Assembly: GCA_965277805.1 (NCBI GenBank)
Contig: OZ255842.1
Location: 2,592,001-2,656,000, forward strand
Direction of reading: 5' to 3'
DNA from: Candidatus Lustribacter sp.
Lineage (GTDB): Bacteria; Vulcanimicrobiota; Vulcanimicrobiia; Vulcanimicrobiales; Vulcanimicrobiaceae
Length of the DNA: 64,000 nucleotides
The translations under genes were made by a program, and so were the position numbers. Shown one piece after another: positions 10,632 to 21,493 of the stretch. Positions within the stretch are counted from its first letter, which is position 1. Every line of letters starts with the position of its first letter. A model generated the notes under the pieces. That model searched no databases, was not told the DNA's origin, and was given only the letters and a program-made list of their open reading frames with translations.

Positions 10632-11499
10632 GCTGGGCGAGGCGCCCGCCCGCTTCGTCGAGCAATCGTTCGGCCGTCTCCCGGCCGACGTTACGGCGCG
10701 CCATGACAACGGCCGTCTTCACGTGCCCGCCGGACGCATCGAGCAGCGACGCCGCATCGACGTTACCGGCTAGGTCCGTCACCAAGCGCAACGCGCGCGC
10801 GCGCAGCTTGGCGTTCGAGGCAACGACGTCGACCATGCGGTTGCGGTAGGTTTTTCCGAGCGCGATCATCGCGGCCGTGGAGATCGTGTTGAGCACGATC
10901 TTCTGCGCCGTTCCGGCGCGCATGCGCGTGGAACCGGCGATCGGTTCGGCCGCCGTTACGGCTTCGATCGCGAGATCCGCTTCGCGCGCCAGCGGCGTAT
11001 CGCTCGCGTTGACGAGCGCGATCGTCAGCGCGCCGTTGGCCCGCGCCGCAACCAGCGCACCGCGCACGAACGCAGCCGAACCGCTCGCCGACAACCCGAT
11101 CACGACGTCGTGGGGTCCGGCATCCGCAACCATCGCCGCACCAGCACCGATGTCGTCTTCGGCCCCTTCGATCGAACGCCGCAGTGCGCCGTCACCGCCG
11201 GCGATCCGGCCCTCGTAGCGGTCGGGCGGAAAACCGAACGTCGGCCGCAGTTCGGAGCAATCGAGGACGGCCAGCCGTCCGCTCGTGCCCGCGCCGAGTA
11301 CGATCACCCGGCCGCCCGCGCGCAGCGCTGCGGCGACGGCGTCGGCGGCTTGCGCGATCGCATCCGCCGCGGCCAGCGCCGCGTCGACCGCACCGTGTTG
11401 CGATTCGATCAACAGCCGAACGCGCGCGGCGGTGTCGACGCGATCGATGTCGACCGTGTTTCCGTCGACGCCCTCGGTCGACGGGAGCCGCTCGGTCAT
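10615..11499 (-). CDS. murQ: N-acetylmuramic acid 6-phosphate etherase
   Basis: GAGTSGRLAVLDCSELRPTFG, EGAED, GSTRMRAGTAQKIVLN, NAKLRARA. Confidence 0.93.
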   Translation of the reverse strand: MTERLPSTEGVDGNTVDIDRVDTAARVRLLIESQHGAVDAALAAADAIAQAADAVAAALRAGGRVIVLGAGTSGRLAVLDCSELRPTFGFPPDRYEGRIAGGDGALRRSIEGAEDDIGAGAAMVADAGPHDVVIGLSASGSAAFVRGALVAARANGALTIALVNASDTPLAREADLAIEAVTAAEPIAGSTRMRAGTAQKIVLNTISTAAMIALGKTYRNRMVDVVASNAKLRARALRLVTDLAGNVDAASLLDASGGHVKTAVVMARRNVGRETAERLLDEAGGRLAQLMDES

Positions 11500-12410
11500 T
11501 GCGCCGCGAGCAGCTCGGCGAGGCGCAGCGCGCCGATCGCCGCCCCGTCGCCGCCGCGCAAAATCGACGCGCCGGGCAGTTCGTTGATGATGCGCAGCTC
11601 GAGCAAGTACGAGAGCAAGCTGTTCTCGCCGAACAAACCGCCGGCGAGCGCCACCGACGGCGACGCTTCCTTCAGGTCGCTTGCGCGCGCAACATCGCGA
11701 ATCAGATCGCCGAGATCCGACGCCGTCGTCTGCACCAGTTTCGTCGCCACGCGATTGCCCTTACCCGCAAACGCGATGATGGCCGGCGCGAGCGCGGCGA
11801 TCGTGGCAGGCACGAGCGGAGCATCGTAGAGCGCGCGCAAGTACGCATCGCGATCCGGCGCATCGAGCGCGCGCGCGACCAGATCGGTCGTTTCGTCGGC
11901 CTTCGCGCGCCCGTCGAGCACGCGCCCGTACAACTTCACCGCCGCCATGCCGAGCGCGAAGGCCGACCCTTCGTCGCCGGCGAGATAGCCGAGCCCGCCG
12001 ACGCGCACCCGGCGCTCGCCGTTCTCCGCGTAGGCGATCGAACCGGTGCCCGCGATCAAGACGATCCCGGGGCCTTCGGGAATCGCTGCACGCAGCGCGA
12101 TCGCCGCGTCGTCTCCCGCCGACACACGGCAATCGGAAAAGGCGCTGCCGATCAGTTCTTCCAGCGCGCCGGCCACGGATGCCCGGCCTGCGCCGGCGGC
12201 GCCGATGACGATGGCGGCCGGTTTGCGGTGGTCGAGCGCCTTGCGCACCACCTGAACGATCGCATCGGCCGCGTCGTCGACCCCGAGCGTCGTGGCGTTG
12301 GCGCCCGGACCCTCAGCCGAACCGGCCGGCGTGCCGTTTTCCGACACGGCGGCCCGGGTCGTCGTTCCACCGGCGTCGACGCCGACCGCGATCAAATCAC
12401 TCATCTTCAC
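11496..12410 (-). CDS. BadF/BadG/BcrA/BcrD-family N-acetylglucosamine/N-acetylmuramate kinase
   Basis: GVDAGGTTT, IAGTGS, GGLGYLAGDEGSA. Confidence 0.88.
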   Translation of the reverse strand: MKMSDLIAVGVDAGGTTTRAAVSENGTPAGSAEGPGANATTLGVDDAADAIVQVVRKALDHRKPAAIVIGAAGAGRASVAGALEELIGSAFSDCRVSAGDDAAIALRAAIPEGPGIVLIAGTGSIAYAENGERRVRVGGLGYLAGDEGSAFALGMAAVKLYGRVLDGRAKADETTDLVARALDAPDRDAYLRALYDAPLVPATIAALAPAIIAFAGKGNRVATKLVQTTASDLGDLIRDVARASDLKEASPSVALAGGLFGENSLLSYLLELRIINELPGASILRGGDGAAIGALRLAELLAAQ

Positions 12411-13554
12411 TCATCGTGGGCTTCTTCCGCACGGACCCTCGCGATCAATGCTGCGAGCCCCGCCGGCGCGATCGACCCCAGCACCCGCGGTCCCCGCGCG
12501 CCGGTGACGTGCGGCAATCCCGCCGCCCGTTCGCGCAGCGTCTCGTACCCGAGCAGCGCGAACGCGATCGCTTCCTTGGCGTCGGGATCGATGCCGTGGG
12601 CGGCCGATGACTCCACCGCGCCGGGCAGCGCCGCCCGCAAGCCGTCGAGGATCGCGCCGTTGTGCACGCCGCCGCCGCTGACGATCGTGCGCGCCGTCGC
12701 GGGCGCAACGCCCGCCATCGCCGCAGCGACGGTACGGATCGTCAACTCCGTCAGCGTGCGCACGGCATCGGCGAGTGACAGCGCATCGAGCGCCGCGCGA
12801 TGGCGGGCGACGAACGGCGCACCGAACTGCTCGCGGCCGGTCGACTTCGGCGGCCGGCGCGCGAAGTACGGATCGGCCAGCATCAGCGCGAGCAACGCTT
12901 CGTCGGCCGTGCCGGCGCGCGCCAACGTTCCGTCACGATCGAAGCGCGCCGCGCCGTCCGTGCGCAGCTCGACGTAGGTGTCGGCCGGCAAGTTTGCCGG
13001 ACCGCAGTCGAATGCGAGCACGTCGCCGGGCGCGGCGCCGGGGCGCAGCACGGTGAGGTTCGCAATGCCGCCGAGGTTCAGCGCGACGCGCGCTTCGCGT
13101 GCGTGCGCGAGCAACAGCGCATCGACGTAGGGCACGAGCGGCGCACCGGTCCCGCCGGCCGCTGTATCGGCGCTGCGAAAGTCGGCGATCACGGTTTTCC
13201 CGGTCGCCTCGCGAATGCGGAACGGATCGCCGATTTGCAGCGTATGGTGCGCGTCGCCGTCGTGCGCGAGCGTCAGCCCGTGCGACGCGACGAAGTCCAC
13301 GTCCTGAGCGCCGGCGGCGAGTGCGGCAACTCCGAATGCCTCGCCGACCTCGTCATGGAGTGCCGAAAACGCGAGCGCCGGCAGCGCCGCCGGCGGATAG
13401 GCGGCGAGATTCGCCCGCGCAACGCGGCCTCGAACGGGACCGTCGTGAACGCGAGCGTTTCCACCGCATAGCCGTGCGCGCGCGGATGGATCGCCACGCG
13501 CACGGCGTCGATTCCGTCGAGCGAGGTTCCGCACATCAAACCGATCGCGATCAC
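12407..13554 (-). pseudogene. anmK: Anhydro-N-acetylmuramic acid kinase, frameshifted near 13407 (true pseudogene or sequencing error)
   Basis: N-terminus VIAIGLMCGTSLDGID lies in one frame; the rest (ASHGLT, TLQIGD, DFRSADTAAGGTGAPLVP, PKSTGRE, KEAIAFA) lies in another; 1148 bp, one short of in-frame. Confidence 0.85.
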
Positions 13555-14537
13555 GGCGCGAACTCCGCCACGGCGGCATCGCACAGCGCGGCGCGGACGT
13601 CGCGCAGATCGTGGCGCCCGAAGTGCACGGCGTTGGTCAAGATGACGACGTTGAGATCGCGTTGCGGATCGGCCCAGATGCACGTTCCGGTGAAGCCCGT
13701 ATGGCCGAACGTCTCCATCGACATGCGCGCGCCGCACGAGTTCTCGTCGCTCGTCTTCAGCGCCCAGCCCAATCCGCGCCGCAGCACCGCATCCGGCGCC
13801 GCTTCGGTCGTCGCCTCGAGCGCGAGCGCCGCCGGCAACGGCGACGGACGGCCGAAACGGGGCGCGAGATACCACTCTCCCAGCCGCGCCACGTCGAGCG
13901 CGTGTGCGAACAGGCCGGCATGACCGGCAACGCCGCCCGCCAGCGCCGCCTTCTCATCGTGCACGCGGCCCTGGACGAGGCCGCGCCACGCATCGCGTTC
14001 GGTCGCCGGCACGTCCTCGCGGCGCGCGTTCCGCGCAAACGTCACGCGCTCGCTGCCGAGCGCGCGCAACTCGCCTTCGATCAGCGGCTCGAGTGCGGTG
14101 GACGTGCGCGCGGCCAGCGCCGCGCCCAGCGCGAGAAAACCCAAGTCGCTGTACACGACGCGTTCGCCCGGCGCGGCAACGAGTGGTTCACGCAGCGCGA
14201 ACGTTTCGATGTGCTCGTCCAAGAGCGTGCGGTAGTCGGCCCCGCTGCGAAAACCGCCGGTGTGGGCGAGGATCATGCGCAGCGTGCTCGCACCCACCAG
14301 CGGCTCGTCGAGAGTGAGGACGCCGCGCGCAACGAGCGCCAGCGCGACCGTGGCGACGAACACCTTCGTGATCGACGCGATATCGAAACGCGTATCGACA
14401 TACGCGCTGCCGCCGCCGTCGTCGCGCAACGTTCCGACGGCCCGTTCGTACACGGCGCGCCCGCCGCGTTCGATCCGTACGACGGCCGCACTGTAGCGCG
14501 TGCCGACATGCGCCGCCAGCAGAGCGTCGACGATCAG
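13551..14537 (-). CDS. Serine hydrolase, beta-lactamase class C/AmiE-like (start uncertain: CTG 14537 or ATG 14594)
   Basis: FDIASITK (SxxK), YSDLGF, GVAGHAGLF, FGHTGFTGT. Confidence 0.87.
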   Translation of the reverse strand: MIVDALLAAHVGTRYSAAVVRIERGGRAVYERAVGTLRDDGGGSAYVDTRFDIASITKVFVATVALALVARGVLTLDEPLVGASTLRMILAHTGGFRSGADYRTLLDEHIETFALREPLVAAPGERVVYSDLGFLALGAALAARTSTALEPLIEGELRALGSERVTFARNARREDVPATERDAWRGLVQGRVHDEKAALAGGVAGHAGLFAHALDVARLGEWYLAPRFGRPSPLPAALALEATTEAAPDAVLRRGLGWALKTSDENSCGARMSMETFGHTGFTGTCIWADPQRDLNVVILTNAVHFGRHDLRDVRAALCDAAVAEFAP

Positions 14538-16051
14538 ATCGTCACCGGCAGGCGGCCCAACGCGTTCGCCCGTCCCGAGAGCACGTCGGCGCATCCCGCA
14601 AACGCCACCGCATCGTCGCCGTAGATGCACGCGACCGTGCGCGCGGCCGGCCAGAGCTGCGCGTCGTAGGGTTCGGCGCACGACACGATCGCCGCATCCG
14701 GGATCACGCCGAGGATCCGTTCGACGGCGCGCGTCTGCAGCGGGTGCAGGTGCGCGCGCCGCGTGGTGATGACGAAGTTGCGATCGCCGAGCGACGGCAG
14801 GTAGCCGAGCAGCAAGTCCACATCGTCGTCATCCGGATCGAGCGCGACGCGCATGACCTCGCTCTTCCAGCGCCGCGCGCGCAGCGCCGTGCTGAGCGAG
14901 GGCCGTTCGATGCGCACTCCGCCGGCGCCGTCGAACGTCTCGCCCTCGAACGAAATCACGGTCACCGCGCGTTCGTCGCGCAAACGCAAATCGCCGCGCA
15001 GCACCGTCACCGCGCGCTGCGCAGCGGTCAGCGGCAGATCGGGGCCGAATTCGCCGCCGTACGGCCGCGGCGTTGCATACCGTTCGCGCAACGCCCGCAC
15101 GCGATCCGCCGCCTCGCGCAACCGCTCGAGCGAGAGCGTTCCCGCCTTCACGGCCGCGACGATCGCATCCGCCGCTTCGTTCGCCAGCGCGAGCGAATGA
15201 CTCACCAGCAGCAGATCGGCGCCGGCCACCAGCGCCGCGACGGCCGCGGCGACCGTACCCGGTGCGCGCGCGATCGCGTCCATCTGCAGACAATCGGTGC
15301 ACGCCACGCCCTCGAAGCCGAGTTCGTCGCGCAACAGCCCGGTGAGGATGCGCGGCGACAGCGACGCCGGCAGTAACGGGTCGAGCGCGTCGACGACGAC
15401 GTGCGCTGCCATCACGATCTCCGCGGCCCCGCCCGAGATGCACGCCGCGAACGGCTGCAGATCGCGCGCGCGCAACGTCGCCTCGTCGAGTTCGACGTGC
15501 GGCAGTGCGAGGTGCGAGTCGACGGTGGTCGAGCCGTGGCCCGGAAAATGTTTGAGCGCCGCCGCGACGCCGCCCGTCTCGAGCCCGCGCGCGAACGCGC
15601 CCGCGAAACGCCCGACCATCAGCGGATCGCTGCCGTAGGCGCGCGTACCGATCACGGTATTGGCCGGCTCGACCGCGCAGTCCGCAACCGGCGCGAAATC
15701 GACGCTGATCCCAAGCCGCGCGAGATCGCGCCCGAGCAACATGCCCAGCCGTTCGCAGGCCGCGACATCGCCCGCCGCGCCGACCGCCATCGCTGCCGGC
15801 AACTGCGCGACAGCATCGCCGATGCGCGCGACCCGGCCGCCTTCTTGATCGACCGCGATCAACGGCGGCAGCGGCGTCAGCGCGCGCAACTCCGCGACGA
15901 GCGCGCGCAGCGCGTCGGCCGGACCGGTATTCCGCCCAAATAAGATCACGGCGCCCGGCGCGAACGCGCGCAGCTCGGCGAGCGGCGCGTCTTCGACGCG
16001 ATTGCCGTCGAAGCCGACGGCGATGACGCTCCGGGCGAGGTCGAGCGTCAG
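14534..16051 (-). CDS. nagZ: GH3 beta-N-acetylhexosaminidase (start uncertain: CTG 16051)
   Basis: AVDQEGGRVAR, KHFPGHGSTTVDSH, TDCLQM; C-terminal GH3 accessory domain. Confidence 0.92.
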   Translation of the reverse strand: MTLDLARSVIAVGFDGNRVEDAPLAELRAFAPGAVILFGRNTGPADALRALVAELRALTPLPPLIAVDQEGGRVARIGDAVAQLPAAMAVGAAGDVAACERLGMLLGRDLARLGISVDFAPVADCAVEPANTVIGTRAYGSDPLMVGRFAGAFARGLETGGVAAALKHFPGHGSTTVDSHLALPHVELDEATLRARDLQPFAACISGGAAEIVMAAHVVVDALDPLLPASLSPRILTGLLRDELGFEGVACTDCLQMDAIARAPGTVAAAVAALVAGADLLLVSHSLALANEAADAIVAAVKAGTLSLERLREAADRVRALRERYATPRPYGGEFGPDLPLTAAQRAVTVLRGDLRLRDERAVTVISFEGETFDGAGGVRIERPSLSTALRARRWKSEVMRVALDPDDDDVDLLLGYLPSLGDRNFVITTRRAHLHPLQTRAVERILGVIPDAAIVSCAEPYDAQLWPAARTVACIYGDDAVAFAGCADVLSGRANALGRLPVTI

Positions 16052-16383
16052 CGCATCCTGATGATCTGCGCGACGTAGCTCCCGCCCGCAATGCTGCACA
16101 GGATCTGCACGCGCTGACCGGGCTTGAGATCGGTGAACGCATGGTAGCCCGCGTCTTTGCCTTGAATGCTGGTCGACGGCATCACGCTCACGACGATGTG
16201 GCCGCGGCCCTGCGCGTCGACGCCGAGCATGCTCCGCTGATAATCGATCGTGGTCACGCGCCCGTTGATCGTGCCGCCGTTGTGCACTTGATCGGTACCG
16301 CCGGCCGGCGCCGCCGTGGGATCGGCCAGCGCCGTGAGCGGAAGCATGACGAGTCCCAGCGCGAGTATGAATCGTCGAAGCAT
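16048..16383 (-). CDS. Secreted hypothetical protein (DUF5666-like OB fold)
   Basis: Signal MLRRFILALGLVMLPLTALA; GRVTTID...DLKPGQRVQI pattern. Confidence 0.7.
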   Translation of the reverse strand: MLRRFILALGLVMLPLTALADPTAAPAGGTDQVHNGGTINGRVTTIDYQRSMLGVDAQGRGHIVVSVMPSTSIQGKDAGYHAFTDLKPGQRVQILCSIAGGSYVAQIIRMR

Positions 16384-16409
16384 CACACCGTATAGAACGC
16401 AGGTACCCT

Positions 16410-16637
16410 TCAAGCCGTTTCCACCGCCGCGAGATAGGCCGCCCGCGCCTCGGGATCGCCGTTGCGGGCGGCGGTCAGAAGTCCCCGCAGCCGCAGCACG
16501 CCCTCGTCGTCGACCGCCTCGCCGATCAGGGCCAAGCGCAAAGCGATCAGCGCCTCGTCCGCCACCCGCGGACCGAGCAGCTCGAGGGCGCGGTAAAACG
16601 CCTGGGCGCGGGGCGCCGGTTGCCGGTCGGCCAGCAC
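16410..16637 (-). CDS. Hypothetical protein (frame stays open upstream to about 16709)
   Basis: Helical small ORF co-oriented with neighbours and filling the gap. Confidence 0.5.
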   Translation of the reverse strand: MLADRQPAPRAQAFYRALELLGPRVADEALIALRLALIGEAVDDEGVLRLRGLLTAARNGDPEARAAYLAAVETA

Positions 16638-16704
16638 CGCCGCAACGGCCTGGTCTTTCGAAGGCCGGCCGTCGAGCAGATACCCGTCAATGGGGTGAAG
16701 GGCC

Positions 16705-16971
16705 TTAATCGAGGTCCGCTTCGAGGGCTTCGGCCGTACGCTGCATGACGCGCGCGAGCAAGGCGATTGCGCCGGCGCGATTCGTGTTCAGCAGCATGTA
16801 CTGCATCCGATCGTTGGGATGCAGAACGACGAAAATACCTTTGCTCCCCGTCGTGATCGACTTCAAGATTCGATCGACGAAGGCGCGGTCTTCAGCATCA
16901 AGCTGGACCGTCGCCTCTTCTTCGGCGAGCATATCCTTGAGAAAGGTATCGAGATTGCTGGGGACTTCCAT
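16705..16971 (-). CDS. Hypothetical protein
   Basis: 88-aa ORF with protein-like composition, GAGGG upstream. Confidence 0.65.
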   Translation of the reverse strand: MEVPSNLDTFLKDMLAEEEATVQLDAEDRAFVDRILKSITTGSKGIFVVLHPNDRMQYMLLNTNRAGAIALLARVMQRTAEALEADLD

Positions 16972-17124
16972 GTGCGAAATGCAACCCTCACAAAGGGACG
17001 TACTGAGAATATCATCGGCGTGTCGAGTCCGGCACTTAAGCCCGGCTCATAGGGCGCTCGCTTGCTACAATTTCGGGCCGATTGCGCACGGGACCCGGCC
17101 CGCCGCGACGGGTAAAAGACGGCT

Positions 17125-17688
17125 ATGAAGCGCGCTCTTCTCCCCCTCGTAGCTGCCGTGGCTCTCGCGGGAGCCGGCTGCAGCAGCTCGACCCAGAACG
17201 CCCCCGGCCCTTCGGTGACACAGGTCGAGGGGATCGCCAACGACGCCTTGCTCGCGACCGAGGTCAAGGCCAAGCTGATCACGGTCGATGTCAATTCCAC
17301 GGCCTCGCTAGGCGTCCACGTCTCGGGCGGTGTCGCGACCCTCACCGGGGCGGTTCGAACGCCCGCAGCGCGGGCCAAGACCGTAGCTGCCGCGCGTTCG
17401 GTCAAGGGCATCACCGAGGTGGTCGATCAGCTGCGGGTCGATCCCAACGTGCCCGACGTCGGGCAACGGCTGGGCGAGGCCGGTCAGCAGCTGAGCGACG
17501 CCGCGTTGGCCGGGCGGATCGCCGGGGCGATCTTCACCCAGACCGGCAAGGGCGTCAAGGTCGACGTCCACGACGGCGCCGTGACCCTGCGCGGCAACAT
17601 CGTCGATCCGAAGGTGCGCACGGCAGCGGTGGACACCGCTCGCAATACGAGCGGTGTCCGTTCCGTGACCGACGACATGGGCACCTAA
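17125..17688 (+). CDS. Dual BON-domain lipoprotein (OsmY-like)
   Basis: Lipobox LAGAGC; two BON repeats (DALLATEVKAKL...GVATLTGAV; DAALAGRI...GAVTLRG). Confidence 0.9.
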   Translation: MKRALLPLVAAVALAGAGCSSSTQNAPGPSVTQVEGIANDALLATEVKAKLITVDVNSTASLGVHVSGGVATLTGAVRTPAARAKTVAAARSVKGITEVVDQLRVDPNVPDVGQRLGEAGQQLSDAALAGRIAGAIFTQTGKGVKVDVHDGAVTLRGNIVDPKVRTAAVDTARNTSGVRSVTDDMGT

Positions 17689-17695
17689 TGCCGGG

Positions 17696-18909
<1,214 letters not shown>

Positions 18910-18913
<4 letters not shown>

Positions 18914-19641
18914 GATATTGTCATCCCGAGCTTGTCGAGGGAAAGCGGCGTCGCGGGCGCGGCCGTATCCGAGAGGATGTGGCCGTCGCGGAACGTGACG
19001 GTACGTTTGGCGAAGGCGGCGACGTCCGGCTCGTGCGTGACGAGCATGATCGTGATGCCGCGTTCGTCGTTGAGTTTGCGGAAGAGCTGCATGATGTCGT
19101 TGGTCGAGCGCACGTCGAGCGCACCCGTCGGCTCATCCGCGAGAATGAGCTTCGGGCTGTTCACGAGCGAGCGCGCGATCGCGACACGCTGCTGCTGTCC
19201 GCCGGAAAGTTGGTTGGGATGATGCTGCGCGTATTTAAGCAGACCGACTTCATCGAGCGCGGAGAGCGCCGCAGCGCGGCGTTCTTTCTCGCCGATGCCC
19301 GCGTAGAGCATCGGCAGTTCGACGTTTTCGACCGCGCTCGTCCGCGGCAGCAAGTTGTAGGCTTGGAAGACGAAGCCCATCTCGCGGCTGCGGATATCGG
19401 CGAGGCTGTCTTCCGGCAGTTCGGTTACATCATGCCCGTTGAAGGCATAGTAGCCCGAGGTCGGCCGGTCGAGAAATCCGACGATGTGCATGAAGGTCGA
19501 CTTGCCCGAACCCGACGGTCCCATGACGGCGACGAACTCCCCGGGATCGATCGTGAGATCGACCCCGGCCAGCGCGATCACCGGCTCTTCGAGGAGCGGG
19601 TAGACGCGGCGCAAGTTGCGGACTTCGACAACGCTGTCCAT
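18910..19641 (-). CDS. MacB/LolD-like ABC ATP-binding protein
   Basis: GPSGSGKST, LSGGQQQRVAIAR, ILADEPTGALD. Confidence 0.95.
18920..18942 (+). repeat. REP-like motif GTCATCCCGAGCTTGTCGAGGGA inside the 3' end of the ABC ATPase
   Basis: Shares GTCATCCCGAGC and GTCGAGGGA with the intergenic element at 60108. Confidence 0.65.
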
Positions 19642-21353
19642 TAGTGGATCCCCCGCATCGCGCCGCCACCGCCGCCGGAACCGCCGGCAAGCGGATTGGC
19701 TGCAGCTTGGGTGCGCGGTGCGCGAGCCGGCGCGGTCGCGCCGCCGCCGGTGACCACTTGGTCACCAGCGGCGAGCGTCGCGTCGCCTGCGGGAGCGACC
19801 GCGGCTTGCGTGCCCGAGACCAGCGTGATGCTGACGGGGACACGAACCAGTTTGCCGTCGCGCTGGACGAACACGTGGCCTTGCGAACCCGCGACGATCG
19901 CGGTGGACGCGGAGCCCGTGGTGTTGCCCCACGGCGCGGCATTGGCCGGTGCAGCGCTGCCCGCTTTGGCCGCGGGACGCGTGCCCGTTGCTCCGGCAGC
20001 GCGTTTGTGCGTGCCGTTGAACGAGGGCTGGAACGAGAGCGCACTGAGCGGCACCACGAGCGCGTTGGACGCTTTCTGGACGTCGATCGTCGCGTTGGCG
20101 GTCATGCCGGGAAGCAGCGCTTGATCGTTGTTGTCGACGAGCACGACGGTGGTGTAGGTAACGACGTTCGAGGTGATGACCGGGTTCTTGCGCACTTGCG
20201 AGACCACGCCGTGGAACGTGCGGTTCGGGAACGCGAGCACCGTGAAGTCCACGTTCTCACCGTTTTTCACCGAACCGATGTCCGGTTCACCGACGGCGAG
20301 ATCGACTTCCATCTTGCTCAGATCTTGCGCGATCGCGAAGAGCGTCGGCGTTTGGAGGCTTGCGGCAACCGTCGTACCGACCGACACGTCACGCGCGATC
20401 ACGGTGCCGTCGACGGGCGACTTGATCACGCTGTTGGCGAGATTCGTCTCCGCCGTTTGCACGTTGGCTTCTTGAATGCCGATGGCCGCGCTGCTGGCTT
20501 GCGCCGTATCCGCACTGCCGGCTGCGGCAACGTGCGCCGCTGCGATCGCATCGGTTTGCGACGTCGTTTGAGCGATGCTCGCCTGCGCTTGAGCCGAACT
20601 CGCCGCGGCTTGGCTGCGCGCTTGCTGCGCGGCCGTTTGGGCGGCTTGAACGGCGCTCTGCGCCGCGACCAGGTTGGACTTGTCGTTGTCGACCGTGGCT
20701 TGCGCGACGTAGCCTTGCGCGAGCAAGCCGTTGTCGCGGGTCACGGTCAACTGCGCGACTTGCAGCGCGCTCTGCGCTTTGGTCACGCCGGAATCGGCAC
20801 TCGCGATCGCTTGCTGGCTCGAGAGCGCCGTGGCTTGCGCGGCCTTCGCGGTGGCGGCCGCAACTTGCGCCGCGGCGTTTGCGCTATCGATGCCGATGTT
20901 CGCGCCGGTCGCGCTGTTTTGCGCGGCGGCGGCTTGGGCTTCGGATTGCGCGAGTTGGGCCTTAGCGGAATTGAGCTGTGCCTGTAGCGCGGTCGGATCG
21001 AGACGCGCCAAGACTTGGCCCTTTTTTACTTTAGAGTTGTAGTCGACGTCGACTTCGCTCACGGTACCTGAAACTTGCGTACCGACGTTGATCGTGTTTT
21101 GCGGGTTCACGGTACCCGTTGCCGAGACAGTCTGCACGAGATCCTGTTGGGCGACGGGGGTCGTGACGTACGCAACCGAGCCCGAAGTACGGGCCCGGAA
21201 CACGAGCACGCCGGTGACGACGAGGGCGACGACGAGCACAACCGCGGCGATCGCTCGCCACGGCCGCTTCGACCAGCGCTTGGGGTCCAGAAGAATGGTC
21301 TCAACGCGGCTGCTGGTTTGCCCGTTGGATGATGGACGGTCGAGGATTTTCAT
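19641..21353 (-). CDS. MacA-like periplasmic adaptor (membrane fusion protein)
   Basis: VGTQVSGTV, long Ala/Gln coiled coil, IKSPVDGTVI, LLPGMTANA. Confidence 0.92.
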   Translation of the reverse strand: MKILDRPSSNGQTSSRVETILLDPKRWSKRPWRAIAAVVLVVALVVTGVLVFRARTSGSVAYVTTPVAQQDLVQTVSATGTVNPQNTINVGTQVSGTVSEVDVDYNSKVKKGQVLARLDPTALQAQLNSAKAQLAQSEAQAAAAQNSATGANIGIDSANAAAQVAAATAKAAQATALSSQQAIASADSGVTKAQSALQVAQLTVTRDNGLLAQGYVAQATVDNDKSNLVAAQSAVQAAQTAAQQARSQAAASSAQAQASIAQTTSQTDAIAAAHVAAAGSADTAQASSAAIGIQEANVQTAETNLANSVIKSPVDGTVIARDVSVGTTVAASLQTPTLFAIAQDLSKMEVDLAVGEPDIGSVKNGENVDFTVLAFPNRTFHGVVSQVRKNPVITSNVVTYTTVVLVDNNDQALLPGMTANATIDVQKASNALVVPLSALSFQPSFNGTHKRAAGATGTRPAAKAGSAAPANAAPWGNTTGSASTAIVAGSQGHVFVQRDGKLVRVPVSITLVSGTQAAVAPAGDATLAAGDQVVTGGGATAPARAPRTQAAANPLAGGSGGGGGAMRGIH

Positions 21354-21455
21354 GATGGGTTGCCCGCAGAAAGTATTCTGAAGGGTCAACGCCCGCACGC
21401 TCGCCTACGTGCTTAAGCCAGGATGAGGGTCTACCGTCAAGACCCTGGCAATTCG

Positions 21456-21489
21456 GTAAGGCCCGCCGTTACAAACGGCGGGCGCTTAC
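21456..21489 (-). terminator. GC-rich hairpin downstream of the RND gene (no clear U-tract)
   Basis: GTAAG-GCCCGCCGTT-ACA-AACGGCGGGC-G-CTTAC. Confidence 0.45.
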
Positions 21490-21493
21490 TTGC

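Noticed and set aside
16638-16709. ATT start overlapping the upstream TAA for the 16410 ORF
   Set aside because: The frame is open and suggestive, but with no recognisable family there is nothing to fix the N-terminus
20500-20990. Repetitive GCG/CAA-rich stretch
   Set aside because: Encodes the Ala/Gln coiled coil of the MacA-like adaptor; not a DNA repeat
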